NCBI GenBank assembly: GCA_963798915.1
Contig: CAWCVB010000002.1
Span: 224,001 to 288,000 of the forward strand
From: an uncultured Gemmatimonadales bacterium
GTDB taxonomy: Bacteria > Gemmatimonadota > Gemmatimonadetes > Gemmatimonadales > GWC2-71-9
Reading direction: 5' to 3'
Length of the DNA: 64,000 nucleotides
The notes below the pieces were generated by a model. That model was not told where the DNA came from. It made no database searches and worked only from the letters and a program-made list of their open reading frames with translations. The position numbers and the translations under genes are program-made. Positions 21,194 to 34,752 of the stretch are shown in pieces. Each line of letters starts with the position of its first letter. Position 1 is the first letter of the stretch.

Positions 21194-24157
21194 GGGGCGA
21201 GTCCTTTTTTCGGGGCACTGTCGGCGCCGACCTGCTCCGACACCACACGCCTGGCCTCGGCGATGATCGCCTGCTGCCCGGTCGTTGACGGGTCAACCGT
21301 GGCCAGGAAGCGGGAGAGCTGCAACACAGCGTCCGCGTGATTGCCGGCCTCCTCCAGTGCCATGCCGCGCTCGAATTGCACCAGCGGGCCGAGCGCGAAC
21401 CGGAGGCCCCAGGTCCTGGGCGTGTTGAACTGCGCGTCGATCCACATCAGGTACCGCTCGACCTCGGCGGGCTGCCCACGATTGCGAAGGGCACGGGCAA
21501 TCACGAAACGATTGACGATCTCCGCTGCGAGGAGATACTTCCCCTCTCGCATCATGGCATCGCTGATCGCGCGAACGGAGTCGGCCGCGCCCTCGGCGCC
21601 CTCCTTGACGAGCCACTCGGCCCGGAGGGATGCTGCTGCATGGGCCGCGACCGGACTGGATTCCTTGCGCAGGGCCCCCCGCGCGCGGTCGACGCCCGAC
21701 GCATCGGCGGTCACGACCGCCAGCAGTCCCTCGAGCCACTGCAGTTCAATTCGGTCGGTGGCCTGCTTGTCGACGTCTGGCATGGCCCGGGCCCGATCAA
21801 GAGCCTCAGCGGCCATGGCGGGATCGACCATCCCGAGCCAGGCTCCGACGGTCGCGAGGCGCGCGGTGCTGAGTCGGTCGCTGACCGAACCGCTGGAGGC
21901 CTCGTACTGGCGCAGTGCCGCCAACCCGCCGGTCCAGTCTCCCCGGGCGATGCGCAGCACTCCCTCGCCAAACCGTGAACTGGTCAGGACCTCTCCCTGG
22001 TAGCGTCCGTCGCGCTGGGCTTCCTCGACCAGCGCCAGTCGCTCGGGAATCCGCCCATCGATGAAGGTCAACAGGCCGCTGAGCACCGGCTGGCGGCCTC
22101 CGGCAGGCAGGTCGGCATAGGTTCGGACCGCCGCGTCACCCCAACCATCGGGCATCGGCTGGCCGGGCGTGACGAGCGAGCGGCTGATCGCGGCCGTGAT
22201 CGCCAGCAACTCTCCGAAGAACCCGTGTGAGGCAGCTCGCTCCCCGCTGGAAGGACTGCGCCGCCTCTGCCGACTTCCCGAGTGCTTCCTCCACAGCGCC
22301 CTCGTGCATCCAGACGTCGGCATTGTCCGGCGTGAGTCGGGCCAGCCGGGTGAGCACCGGGAGCGCCCCGGCCAGGTCGATCCCATAGACCGGGCCGGAG
22401 TGCACGATGCCGTCCACGCCGGACATCAGGATGGGCGGATAGTCGGGGTAGCGCCGGATCAGCTCCTGCCAGCGGGCCACCTGCTCGGGCAGCGGCCCGG
22501 TCTGCTGGGTCGCCTCCAGCCAGAGCCGCTCGCGGTCCGGCAACCGGCTGGCGAGTGCCAGCAGGCGGGCATGGGCAGCAGAGTCGGGTTCCTGGAGACT
22601 CCAGGTCCGCGCGGCATCGTAGCGCAGATAAGCCTGCACAAACGTTGAGTCGAGCTCGAACGCGCGGCGATACTCGGCCATCGCCGCGTCCACGTCGAGT
22701 TCCTGGAAGTGTCGCTCCCCGTCGAGGAAGTGCCTGAGCGCCGCAAACGATGAAGTGGTGAGACCGGTGAGGACTGGCGACGGGGGTGCCCCGCCACGCC
22801 ACACCTGCCGCAGGACCTGCCACGTGAGGGAGTCCGTGAGCGCTGAGATATCCTCCGCCGGTGCCAGGGTGCTGGCCCGGGCGATCGCGGTGTCGTCTCC
22901 GACTCGATAGAGCGCTACCGCCGCCCGCACCTGTCCCGATTCGTGAATCAACGTTCCCGTGAGGACACTGCCGGCGCCGAGACGTGTCGCGATCGCGCGT
23001 GCCCGGTCGAGAGGGAGCGGCGAGGGGGCATTCCGGGTATTGAGCAGCAGGGTCGGCGCATCGACGGTGTGCAATTCGCCGACGCCGTCGAGGGTGGTGC
23101 TGAGGGTCACCACGAGGTCCTGGCCGAGCCGCGCCAGCGAACTGTCGGAGATCGCCGAGAGCGGCATGACCGCGATCGCGGAAGCGTCGCCGCTGATGGA
23201 TGTCGCTGAGGTGTCCTTGCGCCCCAGGACCCACCAGGCGCCGGCGGCCAGGAGCGCCACCGCGGCGCCCGTGAAAGCGATCAGGCGCCCCCGACCACCG
23301 GCGCGGGATGCAGCCGGGCCGCTGGACGTTGTGGCGGTCTTGAGCCGCTCGGCGACCACGGCGGCGGAGGGCCGGGCGGTCGGATCCTTGGCGAGGCAGG
23401 CGGTCACCAGGTCGGCGAGGGCGCGCGGAGTGTCGTCCCGGATGCTGGCGATCGCCGGCGCGGGGGTGGTGACATGGGCGGCGACAACCTGCTGGAGGTT
23501 GCTGCCGGTGAACGGCGGCTGACCGGCCAGCATCTCGAACAGCACGCAGCCCAGGGCGTAGATGTCCGCCTTCCCGTCGATCACCGAGGACGCCGTCGCC
23601 TGTTCGGGGCTCATGTACGCCGGCGTGCCCACGGCAAACCCCGCCTGCGTCATGGTGGTGCCACCGGCCGCGGTCAGGGCGCGGGCCACGCCGAAGTCGG
23701 CGAGGACGGCGTGCCCTTCCTGGAGCAGGATGTTCTCCGGCTTGATGTCGCGATGCACCACGCCCTCGCGATGCGAATAGGCGAGGGCATCGGCGATCTC
23801 GAGGGCCAGCGTCGCGGCGCGGTCCGGGGCGAGCCGGCCCTCCCTGGCCAGCAGCTCCCGCAAGGTCTCGCCGCGGACGTATGGGGCCACGTAGTAGAGC
23901 ATGCCGCCGGCGCTGTCGGAGTCGATCAGCGGCAGGATGTGCGGATGCTGCAGCCTGGCAATCGTGGTGATCTCCCGGACGAACCGCTCGCCCCCGATCG
24001 CGGCGGAGAGCTCCTCGTGCATCACCTTGATGGCGACCTGGCGATCGTGCTTGAGATCGTGGGCGAGGTAGACCGTGGCCATGCCACCCTGGCCCAGCTC
24101 CCGCTCGATGCGGTAGCGGTCGGCGAGGGCCGCCGTGAGGCGTTCGGTGATGGTCAT
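21190..24157 (-). pseudogene. K9: Ser/Thr kinase + TM + TolB-like + TPR/helical domain, frameshift at about 22225-22245
   Basis: ORF 22136..24157 (kinase, TM, AIAVMPL domain, TPR) changes frame after AAQSFQRG into ORF 21190..22386 (GFFGELLAITAAISR...), whose stop forms the usual GTGA overlap with K8. Confidence 0.82.
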
Positions 24158-26529
24158 GGCGTGGTTCGCCCTCCATCCGGCAACGTGAACCGGGCCACCT
24201 CGAGATGGAACGTCCGGAGCACCGATGCGAACCGTGGGTCCGACCGAATCGGATCGAACGCCTGGTTCACCATGTTCAAGGCGAGCAGCATCTGCGGCTC
24301 CCGAACCGCGGCGTCCTCAAGGGCGTTCAATGCTCCCGGCACGTCTTCCAGTCCGAGCCTGGCGAAGGTCAGGCCCGTCGCACGGCCGGGCGTCTCGGTC
24401 GGCAGGGCCTCCAACTGGCGCAGGATGGCCGTGGCTTCCGCGCGCGCGCCGGCACGCGCCAAGGACCACGCCGCGATGCCTTGCCGCAGGGGAATGAGGT
24501 TGATCGACAGGCTGGCGCGCGCCTCGGCCGCGGCTTCGTCCGATGCCCCGGCAAGGTCGAGCACCCATTGGTTGGTGAAGTGGGGCACGACGCTCTCGGG
24601 ATCAAGCGCCATGGCCTGCTGCATCGTGGCGCGGGCTTCCTCCGCCCGGCCGAGGAGCGCCAGGGCCCAGCCCTGGTAGGACAGCTGGATCGTGTACAAC
24701 GGATCGAGGCGTGCCCCCTCCGCGAATTGCTCGACCGCGTCCCGGACGCGGCCGGTCTGCAGGAACAGGTCACCGAAGCGGAAATGTCCGTCCTCAACCT
24801 GCGGATCGAGGGCGAGGGCGCGCCGGAACTCGCGCTCGGCATCCGCCCATTCCGCCGCGCGCATCTGCGCGAAGCCGAGGGCGACGTGGCCGGAGGCCAT
24901 CGAGTCATCGAGGGCGACGGCCCGCATTGCGGCCGCCCGCGCCGACTGCTGGACCTCCTCGGGGCGCACCGCGACATAGAATGGCTGCACGAGCAGCACC
25001 GACGCGAGCAGCGCGTGGGCTGCGGCATACCCCGGGTCGCGCGCGATTGCCTCGCGCAGATAGCGCTCCGCGTCGCGCACGCCCTGATTCCGCCCGCGAT
25101 ACGCCTGCAGGCCCCGCAGGTACAGGTCGTAGGCCGCCAGGTTGGTGGTCCCGCCGCGTGCCCTCCCCGGTTCGTCCACGCCGCTCGCCAGACGGACCTG
25201 CAGGGCGGCGACGATCGCCCGGGTGATCTCGTCCTGCACGGCGAAGACGTCCTCCAGGGCTCGTTCGTAGGTGTCGTTCCAGATCACCCGGCCGTCGGTG
25301 GTGCTCGTCAGCTCGGCGGTGACCCGGATCCGGTTGCCGGCACGTCGCACCGATCCGTCGAGCACGGCGCCCACATTGAGCGCGGCGCCGATCTCGACGG
25401 CCGCGTCTCCGCGCTCCTTGACCCGAGCCGCTGATGCGTGGCCGGCCAGGCGGAGCCCCGGGATGCGCGTCAGCGCGCTGCCCAGCTCATCGGCGATGCC
25501 GGCCGCGAAGTAGGCGTTGGCCGTGTCGCCACCGACCGAGGTGAACGGCAGCACGGCGAGCGAGCGCTCCGCTTCCACGGGGGCCGGGCCGCCGTCTGCC
25601 GACCGACGGGACTGGACCGCGTAGCCGAGCGCCGCCACCAGCGCCACGGCCGCGCCGACCACGACGAATCGCCGCACCGGCGACACGCGAGGGGCGTCGT
25701 GGGTGCCCGCCGTGAGGGCCGCCGCAAAGGCGCCGCAGCTGGCGAATCGATCGGCGGGCGCCTTGGCCAGCGCGCGCTGCACGGCCGACTCCACCTCCGC
25801 CGGCACCGCCGGCCGCACCGCCCGAATGCTGCGCGGCACCTCCGTCATCAGTCGGGCGATGATCGCCTGGGTGCTGGCGCCAGTGTGTGGCGGCTCGCCC
25901 ACCAGCATCTCATACGCCACCGCCGCGAGCGCGAACTGATCGGAGCGGGCATCCACGAGCTCGGTGCCCGACGCCTGCTCCGGGCTCATGTAGCTCGGGG
26001 TACCGAGGGAGAGCCCGGTCTCGGTGATCCGCTCGCCACCCGCGTGGGCCACCGCCAGCGCGATGCCGAAGTCGGCGATCACCGGCTGGCCGGCCTGGAG
26101 CAGGATGTTCTCCGGCTTGAGGTCGCGATGAATCACCCCGCGGGCGTGGGCGAAGTCGAGCGCCCCCGCCAGCAGCCCGACCAGGCGAACGACCTCCTCC
26201 ACCGGGAGCTGCCGCTCCGCCTCGAGGCGGCTGCGCAGGGTCTCGCCCTCGACGAATGGCATCACGTAGTACAGCAGACCATCCGCCGCCCCCGAGTCGA
26301 ACAGGGGGAGCAGGTTGGGATGTTGCAGGGTCGCCATCACCCGGATCTCCGACAGGAACCGCTCGCCACCCAGCGCCACGGCGAGCTCGGGCTTGAGCAC
26401 CTTGATGGCGACCTGACGATCGTGCTTGAGATCGTGGGCGAGGTAGACCGTGGCCATGCCACCCTGGCCCAGCTCCCGCTCGATGCGGTAGCGCTCGGCG
26501 AGGGCGGCCCGAAGGCGCTCCAGCGTCAT
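24154..26529 (-). CDS. K10: Ser/Thr kinase + TM + TolB-like + TPR (791 aa)
   Basis: True start MTLERLRAALAERY at 26529 (ATGA overlap). HRDLKPEN, DFG; TM FVVVGAAVALVAALGYAV; SLAVLPF...GSVRRAGNRIRVTAEL; TPR repeats; terminal FDPIRSDPRF motif. Confidence 0.92.
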   Translation of the reverse strand: MTLERLRAALAERYRIERELGQGGMATVYLAHDLKHDRQVAIKVLKPELAVALGGERFLSEIRVMATLQHPNLLPLFDSGAADGLLYYVMPFVEGETLRSRLEAERQLPVEEVVRLVGLLAGALDFAHARGVIHRDLKPENILLQAGQPVIADFGIALAVAHAGGERITETGLSLGTPSYMSPEQASGTELVDARSDQFALAAVAYEMLVGEPPHTGASTQAIIARLMTEVPRSIRAVRPAVPAEVESAVQRALAKAPADRFASCGAFAAALTAGTHDAPRVSPVRRFVVVGAAVALVAALGYAVQSRRSADGGPAPVEAERSLAVLPFTSVGGDTANAYFAAGIADELGSALTRIPGLRLAGHASAARVKERGDAAVEIGAALNVGAVLDGSVRRAGNRIRVTAELTSTTDGRVIWNDTYERALEDVFAVQDEITRAIVAALQVRLASGVDEPGRARGGTTNLAAYDLYLRGLQAYRGRNQGVRDAERYLREAIARDPGYAAAHALLASVLLVQPFYVAVRPEEVQQSARAAAMRAVALDDSMASGHVALGFAQMRAAEWADAEREFRRALALDPQVEDGHFRFGDLFLQTGRVRDAVEQFAEGARLDPLYTIQLSYQGWALALLGRAEEARATMQQAMALDPESVVPHFTNQWVLDLAGASDEAAAEARASLSINLIPLRQGIAAWSLARAGARAEATAILRQLEALPTETPGRATGLTFARLGLEDVPGALNALEDAAVREPQMLLALNMVNQAFDPIRSDPRFASVLRTFHLEVARFTLPDGGRTTP

Positions 26530-29173
26530 CGGGCCACTCCTCTTGCCTTCGCCACCGCGTGCTTCATCTGGTCGACCCAGCCGGGGATCACGCGCAGGTA
26601 GCCGGGATCGGGCTGCTCGGGGCTCTCCACATAGATCACCCCGCCGGCATGGTCGGGACGATTCGACCAGCCGGAGGTGTCCGAGAACCTGGGATCCCGG
26701 CCCCAGAGCGTGGCGGCCCCCTGTGGCTCGCCGGTGGCGGGGTTCACCCGCACCAGGTACCAGCTCGCGCCGAAGCGGTAGACCAGCTCGGTGTCGGAGA
26801 GCCAGATCGGTTCGACGCCAAGTGTCGCGACCTGCCAGCGCCGGCCGGTCTCGGGGAAGGTGGTGACGACGATGCGGCTCTCGTCCACGGTCTGATAGGT
26901 GATCAGGTGACCGCCCGGCGCGACGCTCGGGAAGCGCGCGCCGGTCAGGACGGTGTCGAAGACCGGTGCCTTCAGTCGCGGGTCGAAGGCCGCCACGACG
27001 CCCGAGCCCCAGTCGAGTGCGATGGCGAGGGAATCGGAGGGGTAGCCGATCGGGTCGAGGGAGCCTTCTCCCGGACCCCATGTGGCCAGGGTGTCGACGG
27101 GTTGTCCCGATCCCGGAGCCCCACGGAGCAGGCCCCAGATCGAATCGTGCCGGGCCCCGATCAGGAGCCGGTCACCATCGGGGTTCCACATGGCGTGCCG
27201 AATCGTCTCGGCGTGGAGCCACGTCGAGCGCTGCCCGTTCTGCAGGTCGTAGATCCGGAGCTCGTTGGCATCGCCTGCCGGGACCACGGCAGCGAGCCAG
27301 CGGCCGTCGCCGCTGAGGTCGTAGCGCTCGAAGTTGGCGGGGTCGATCGGCAACGGTTCGATACCCCGATCGGGGTGGAACCGGACAAGACGACCGATGG
27401 TCGCGTCGAGCCCCGGGGCGTAGACGAGCGTCCCATCCGCCGCGACGTCGTATTGCCCCTCGCCGAGCGCCTCGCGCCGGATCCCGGCGATCAGGCGGGT
27501 CGGCGCTCCCGCCAGGTGCCGCTTCGGGTCGTAGGTGGCCCCGACGAGGTTGCCGTCGGTGGCCAGCCAGAGAAGATAGCGCCCCTCGATGATCCGGAAG
27601 GCGCTGCCAGCCGCGGGCGTGCCGGGTGAGCCGTCGAGATTGGCGATGCGGAGGGTCGTGACGGTGTTCGATTCCGGTTCGATGGTCTGGGCGATGCCGT
27701 TGAACGAGCAGAGCAGCTCACGGGATTCGGTCACCCACACCCCGAAGACGCAGCGGTCGATGATCGTCGACCGGGTGGAACCGGTGCTCGGATCGAAGCG
27801 GTTGAAGCGATAGCCGTCGTTGTCGACGGCAACGAACTGGCTGGTGGCCGTCCAGTCGATCATAGCGCCACTGTTGGCCATCATCAGCAGGCGCGACTCC
27901 GAGCCATCGATCGGGATGGCCATCATCCGGTCGTCATTGAAGTACGCGACCTGCGTCCCATCGGGGGAGATCCGTGGCCCGGTGCCACCCTCGGTCCCCG
28001 GCAACTCGCGCACCTCGGCGGTCTCAAGGCTGCGGATCCAGAGCGACGTCGAATCGCCGCGGCTCGCGGCGTAGACGACAAAGTTGCCCGCAGGGTCCAC
28101 CGAGAGATTGCGCACCTGCGCGCCGTACGGCCCGATGCGGGAGCGGCTGCTGACGAGGTTCATCTTGGCGGTGTCGGGGAGACCAACATCGTAGACCGTC
28201 GGCCCGGACACCATGGGGCGTCGAAGCAGCGCCCAGGCGGCGACTGCCGCGAGCGCGAGCGTGGCGGCGCCGAGGATCATGCTGACGCGCCGATACGGTC
28301 CCGGCGCCGCTGCGGCCGCGGTGCGACGGGCAGTGGTCCGCATGCCGGTTGCCTGGCCTGCGAGGGCCGCGGCGAACTCCGCCGCGCTCGCGAAGCGGTC
28401 CACCGGCAGCTTGGCGAGTGCGGTGAGCACCGCATCCTCAACCGCCTCCGGGACGGTGTCGCGAGTGGCCGAGGGCGCCGTCGGCTTTTCAGTCATCACC
28501 TTGGCGACGATCGCCTGGGCCGACGCCCCGCTGAACGGCGGCTCGCCGGTGAGCATCTCGTAGAGCACGCAGCCGAGGGCGTAGACGTCGGTGCGGGCGT
28601 CGAGGTCGCGCTCGCCCATGGCCTGTTCGGGACTCATGTAGTAGGGCGTGCCGAGCGACATGCCGGTCTCGGTCATCCGGGTGCCCCCGGTGTTCGAGAC
28701 CGCGAGCGCGATGCCGAAATCGGTCACCAGCGCCTGGCCATCATGCAGCATGATGTTCTCGGGCTTGATGTCGCGATGGATCACGCCGTGGCGATGGGCA
28801 TAGTCGAGCGCACCGGCCACCTCCGCGGCCAGCCGCAGCGACTCGGCGATCGGCAGCTGTTTCTCGCGGCTGAGCCGGTCGCGCAGCGACTCGCCTTCCA
28901 CGAACGGCATCACGTAGTAGGCGGTCCCGTCGACATCCCCCGAGTCGATGAGCCCGAGGATGTGCGGGTGCTGCAGATTGGCGATGGTCTTGATCTCGCG
29001 CAGGAACCGCTCGGCGCCGATCACCGCCGAGAGCTCGGGGCGCAGCACCTTGATGGCCACGTCCCGGTCATGGCGGAGGTCACGGGCCAGGTACACCGTG
29101 GCCATCCCGCCCTGGCCCAGCTCCCGCTCGATGCGGTAGCGATCGGCCAACGCCGACTTCAATCCCTCCACGC

Positions 29174-29177
<4 letters not shown>
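26526..29177 (-). CDS. K11: Ser/Thr kinase + TM + beta-propeller (883 aa)
   Basis: Complete kinase motifs; TM MILGAATLALAAVAAWALL; ISPDG/WNPDG repeats; ATGA overlaps at both ends. Confidence 0.93.
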
Positions 29178-31830
<2,653 letters not shown>

Positions 31831-31834
<4 letters not shown>

Positions 31835-34752
31835 CGGGGATTCACCGGACCCAGGTACTTGTCAAGCCAGGCGAGCGTCTCGCCGATGAGGCGTGGGCGT
31901 GGTACATCGTGACCCCCCTCGTACACCACCCACTTCTTGTCGGCGGGTGCAGTACCCAGTCGCTCGTAGAAGGGACGCTGCGCAGTCTCCGTCGGGAAGA
32001 AGAAGTCATACTTGCCGTTCAGCATCAGCACCGGAATGTGGATGTGCGGCAGGTAGTTGATCGGGTCGACCTCCGGTCTCGGCCGCTCCATGGTGAGGCC
32101 GGCGACATACAGGACCGCCGCCTTGACCCGCGGTTCGACCGCCGGAATGATCCCGCCCATGTTGGCGCCCCAGCTGTAGCCGAAGTAGGCAAACCGGGTG
32201 CTGTCCATGTCTGGCCGGCTGCCGAGGTAGTCGAGGGTCCGCCGGAAGTCCTTCCCCCACATGATGACGTGATCCCGCCAGAAGATGGACTTGTCGGGGA
32301 TGTCGCTCGTGAGGCTGTCGGACCGTTCGTAGGTGCTCCTGTAGATCGGCAGCACGAACGCACGTCCGCTCTTCACCACGAAGCTTGGCGTCATGTCGCG
32401 CCGCGCGGCGCTGGTGCGGGTGTTGATCGCGCCGGAGCCGGGGAAGAACACGATGGGCTGGTACGGTGGCGTGCCGCTCCTGGGGAGGAAGACCCATGCT
32501 TGCATCCGCTCTCCGCCGTACGCGGCGTTGAAGCTCACGAATTGGGCAATCCACTCGTCACTGCTCGAGTCCACGCGCTCGACCCGGGGCTGGAGCGGGA
32601 GCGGATCGTAATCGAACTGGTGGCGGTAGCCCTCGACCACCGCATCCGGGACCGACGCGACCTTCGTGTAATCGGTAAACGACCGCACCAGCGGTCGCCG
32701 CGCGAGCGCGAGATTGCTGTCCGCGGAGTCGTATCGCGCGAGCCGGATGCCGTTGATCGCCGAGCGATCCATCGGCGGCTGCGCATAGGCGTCGACGAAC
32801 GCGTAGGTGGGGTCGCTCCAACCGCCTCCCTCGATGTAGCGCTCGCCGCTGGCCGCCTCCTCGTTGTAGCACCACTCGCGCACATTGCCCGCCATGTCGG
32901 AGGCACCGACGAAGCTCACGGCGCGCGGCGTCCCGACGCGCCACGGCCCGGTGCCCTGCAGGTTGCTCAGCGGCACGATGGCGGACGAGAGCCAGATGCC
33001 CGCGGCGCGGGCCCAATGGTACACGGTGGGAAGCGACTTCCCCTTCCACTTGGCATACGCGGCGGCCTCGTACCAGCTCACGCCGCCGACCGGCATGTCC
33101 GCCTGTCCGGACGGATAGTCCCCGCCAACCCACGTCGAGGGTCCCGGGCGTCCCGTCTGGTCGACCAGGCGGGCCATCGCCTGCTGCCAGGTGAGTGTGC
33201 GGTTGCCCTCCCTGAACGGAAAGTCCCACCAGGTGCTGTCGCGATACCCGCCTGCCTCCACGAACGCCTTGTACTGGCGATTGGTCGTCTCGTATCGATC
33301 GATCTTCCAGTCGCGGAGCGAGAGCTCGGGTGAGCCTTCCGTGCCGACGAGAAAGGTGTTGTACCGGGGCCCGCCGGCGACGGCGATCATCGCCGAATCC
33401 GGATCGGCGACGGTCTGAAGCATCAGCGGATAGGCGTGGTAAAGGCCGGTCGTGTACAAGGTCCGGTACCCCGGCTCCTCGAAACGATAGAGGCCGGTCT
33501 GGAACGGGAGTTCCGTCGAATCGACCGGTGTCGTCCCGATGTAGTGCCAGATGCTGGTGTCCCTGAGAGATGCCCGGTACACCATGGCACCGGCCGGGCG
33601 GGTAATGATCGTGGGCCGGCGACCGTGACTCAACTGGGTGAATCGTTTCGCAAGAATCGTGTCGCGAGGCGCGATCGCCTTGGCACGGAGGCCCACGTAC
33701 CAGGCGCTGTCCATCTGGCCGTCGTCGATCATCCGCCCCATCTCGGGGATCGCCGTCTCGCTCACCCAGGCGTGACGCTGCATCTTCCGGACGCCCAGGA
33801 GCGCCACGGCAGCCACCCCGGCCACGGCGATGACCGCCAGCGCGATCTTCCGCCGCCGAGCCGCACGGCTGACACCCGGGACCATCGCGGTCCCGCCGGG
33901 TGTCACCAGCGCATCGAAGGCGGCGAGCAGCTCGTCCGCATTCTGGTACCGGCGGTCGGGATCCTTCGTCAGGCACCGCATCACGATGGCCGCGATGGCT
34001 GGCGGAACGGAGTCCGACAGTGGAGCGGGGGGCGTGAGGACGTGCGCCGTCATGACTGCCTGCGGCGTGCCCGTGAACGGTGGTGCACCGGAGAGGAGCT
34101 CGTACGCCATGGCGCCCAGGCTGTAGATATCGGCGCGGGCGTCGATCGATGGATCGGCCGCGGCCTGTTCCGGCGCCATGTATGCCGGTGTACCCACCGA
34201 GATGCCGATCTCGGTGAGGGTCGCTGAAGCGCTGCCGGACGCGTCGCTGTGGCCGGCCGCGAGCGCCTTGGCCACGCCGAAGTCCATCAACAGTGCATGC
34301 CCCTCGGCGAGCATGACGTTGTCGGGCTTGATGTCGCGATGGACCACACCATGGCGGTGGGCGTGCGCCAGGCCGTCGGTGACCTCCCGCAGCAGGCGCG
34401 TGGCCCCGGCCGGCGACATCGCGCCGTCGCGCGCGAGCCGGTCGCGCAGCGATTCGCCGCGCACGAACGGCATCACGTAATAGAGAAGGCCGTCGGCATC
34501 GCCCGAGTCCAGCAGCGGAAGGATGTGCGGGGACTGCAGGTGGGCGGCAATCCGGATCTCGCGCAGGAACCGCTCGGCGCCCAGCACGGCGGCCAGTTCC
34601 GGTTTGAGCACCTTGATCGCCACCTGGCGGCCGTGCTTCAGGTCCTCCGCCAGATACACCGTGGCCATGCCGCCCTGACCCAGCTCCCGCTCGATCGTGT
34701 AGCGGTCGGCGAGGGCGGCCCGGAGCGTGTCGAGGCTCATGATGCCGCTCAT
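31831..34752 (-). CDS. K13: Ser/Thr kinase + TM + formylglycine-generating-enzyme-like (FGE-sulfatase) domain + alpha/beta hydrolase (973 aa; alternative start 34740)
   Basis: Kinase motifs (HRDIKPDN); FGE-family motifs IDRYETTNRQY, PVGGVSWYEAAAYAKW, LPTVYHW, DMAGNVREW, GIRLAR; hydrolase nucleophile elbow GYSWG, NGKYD and GGH (putative Ser-Asp-His triad). Confidence 0.9.
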
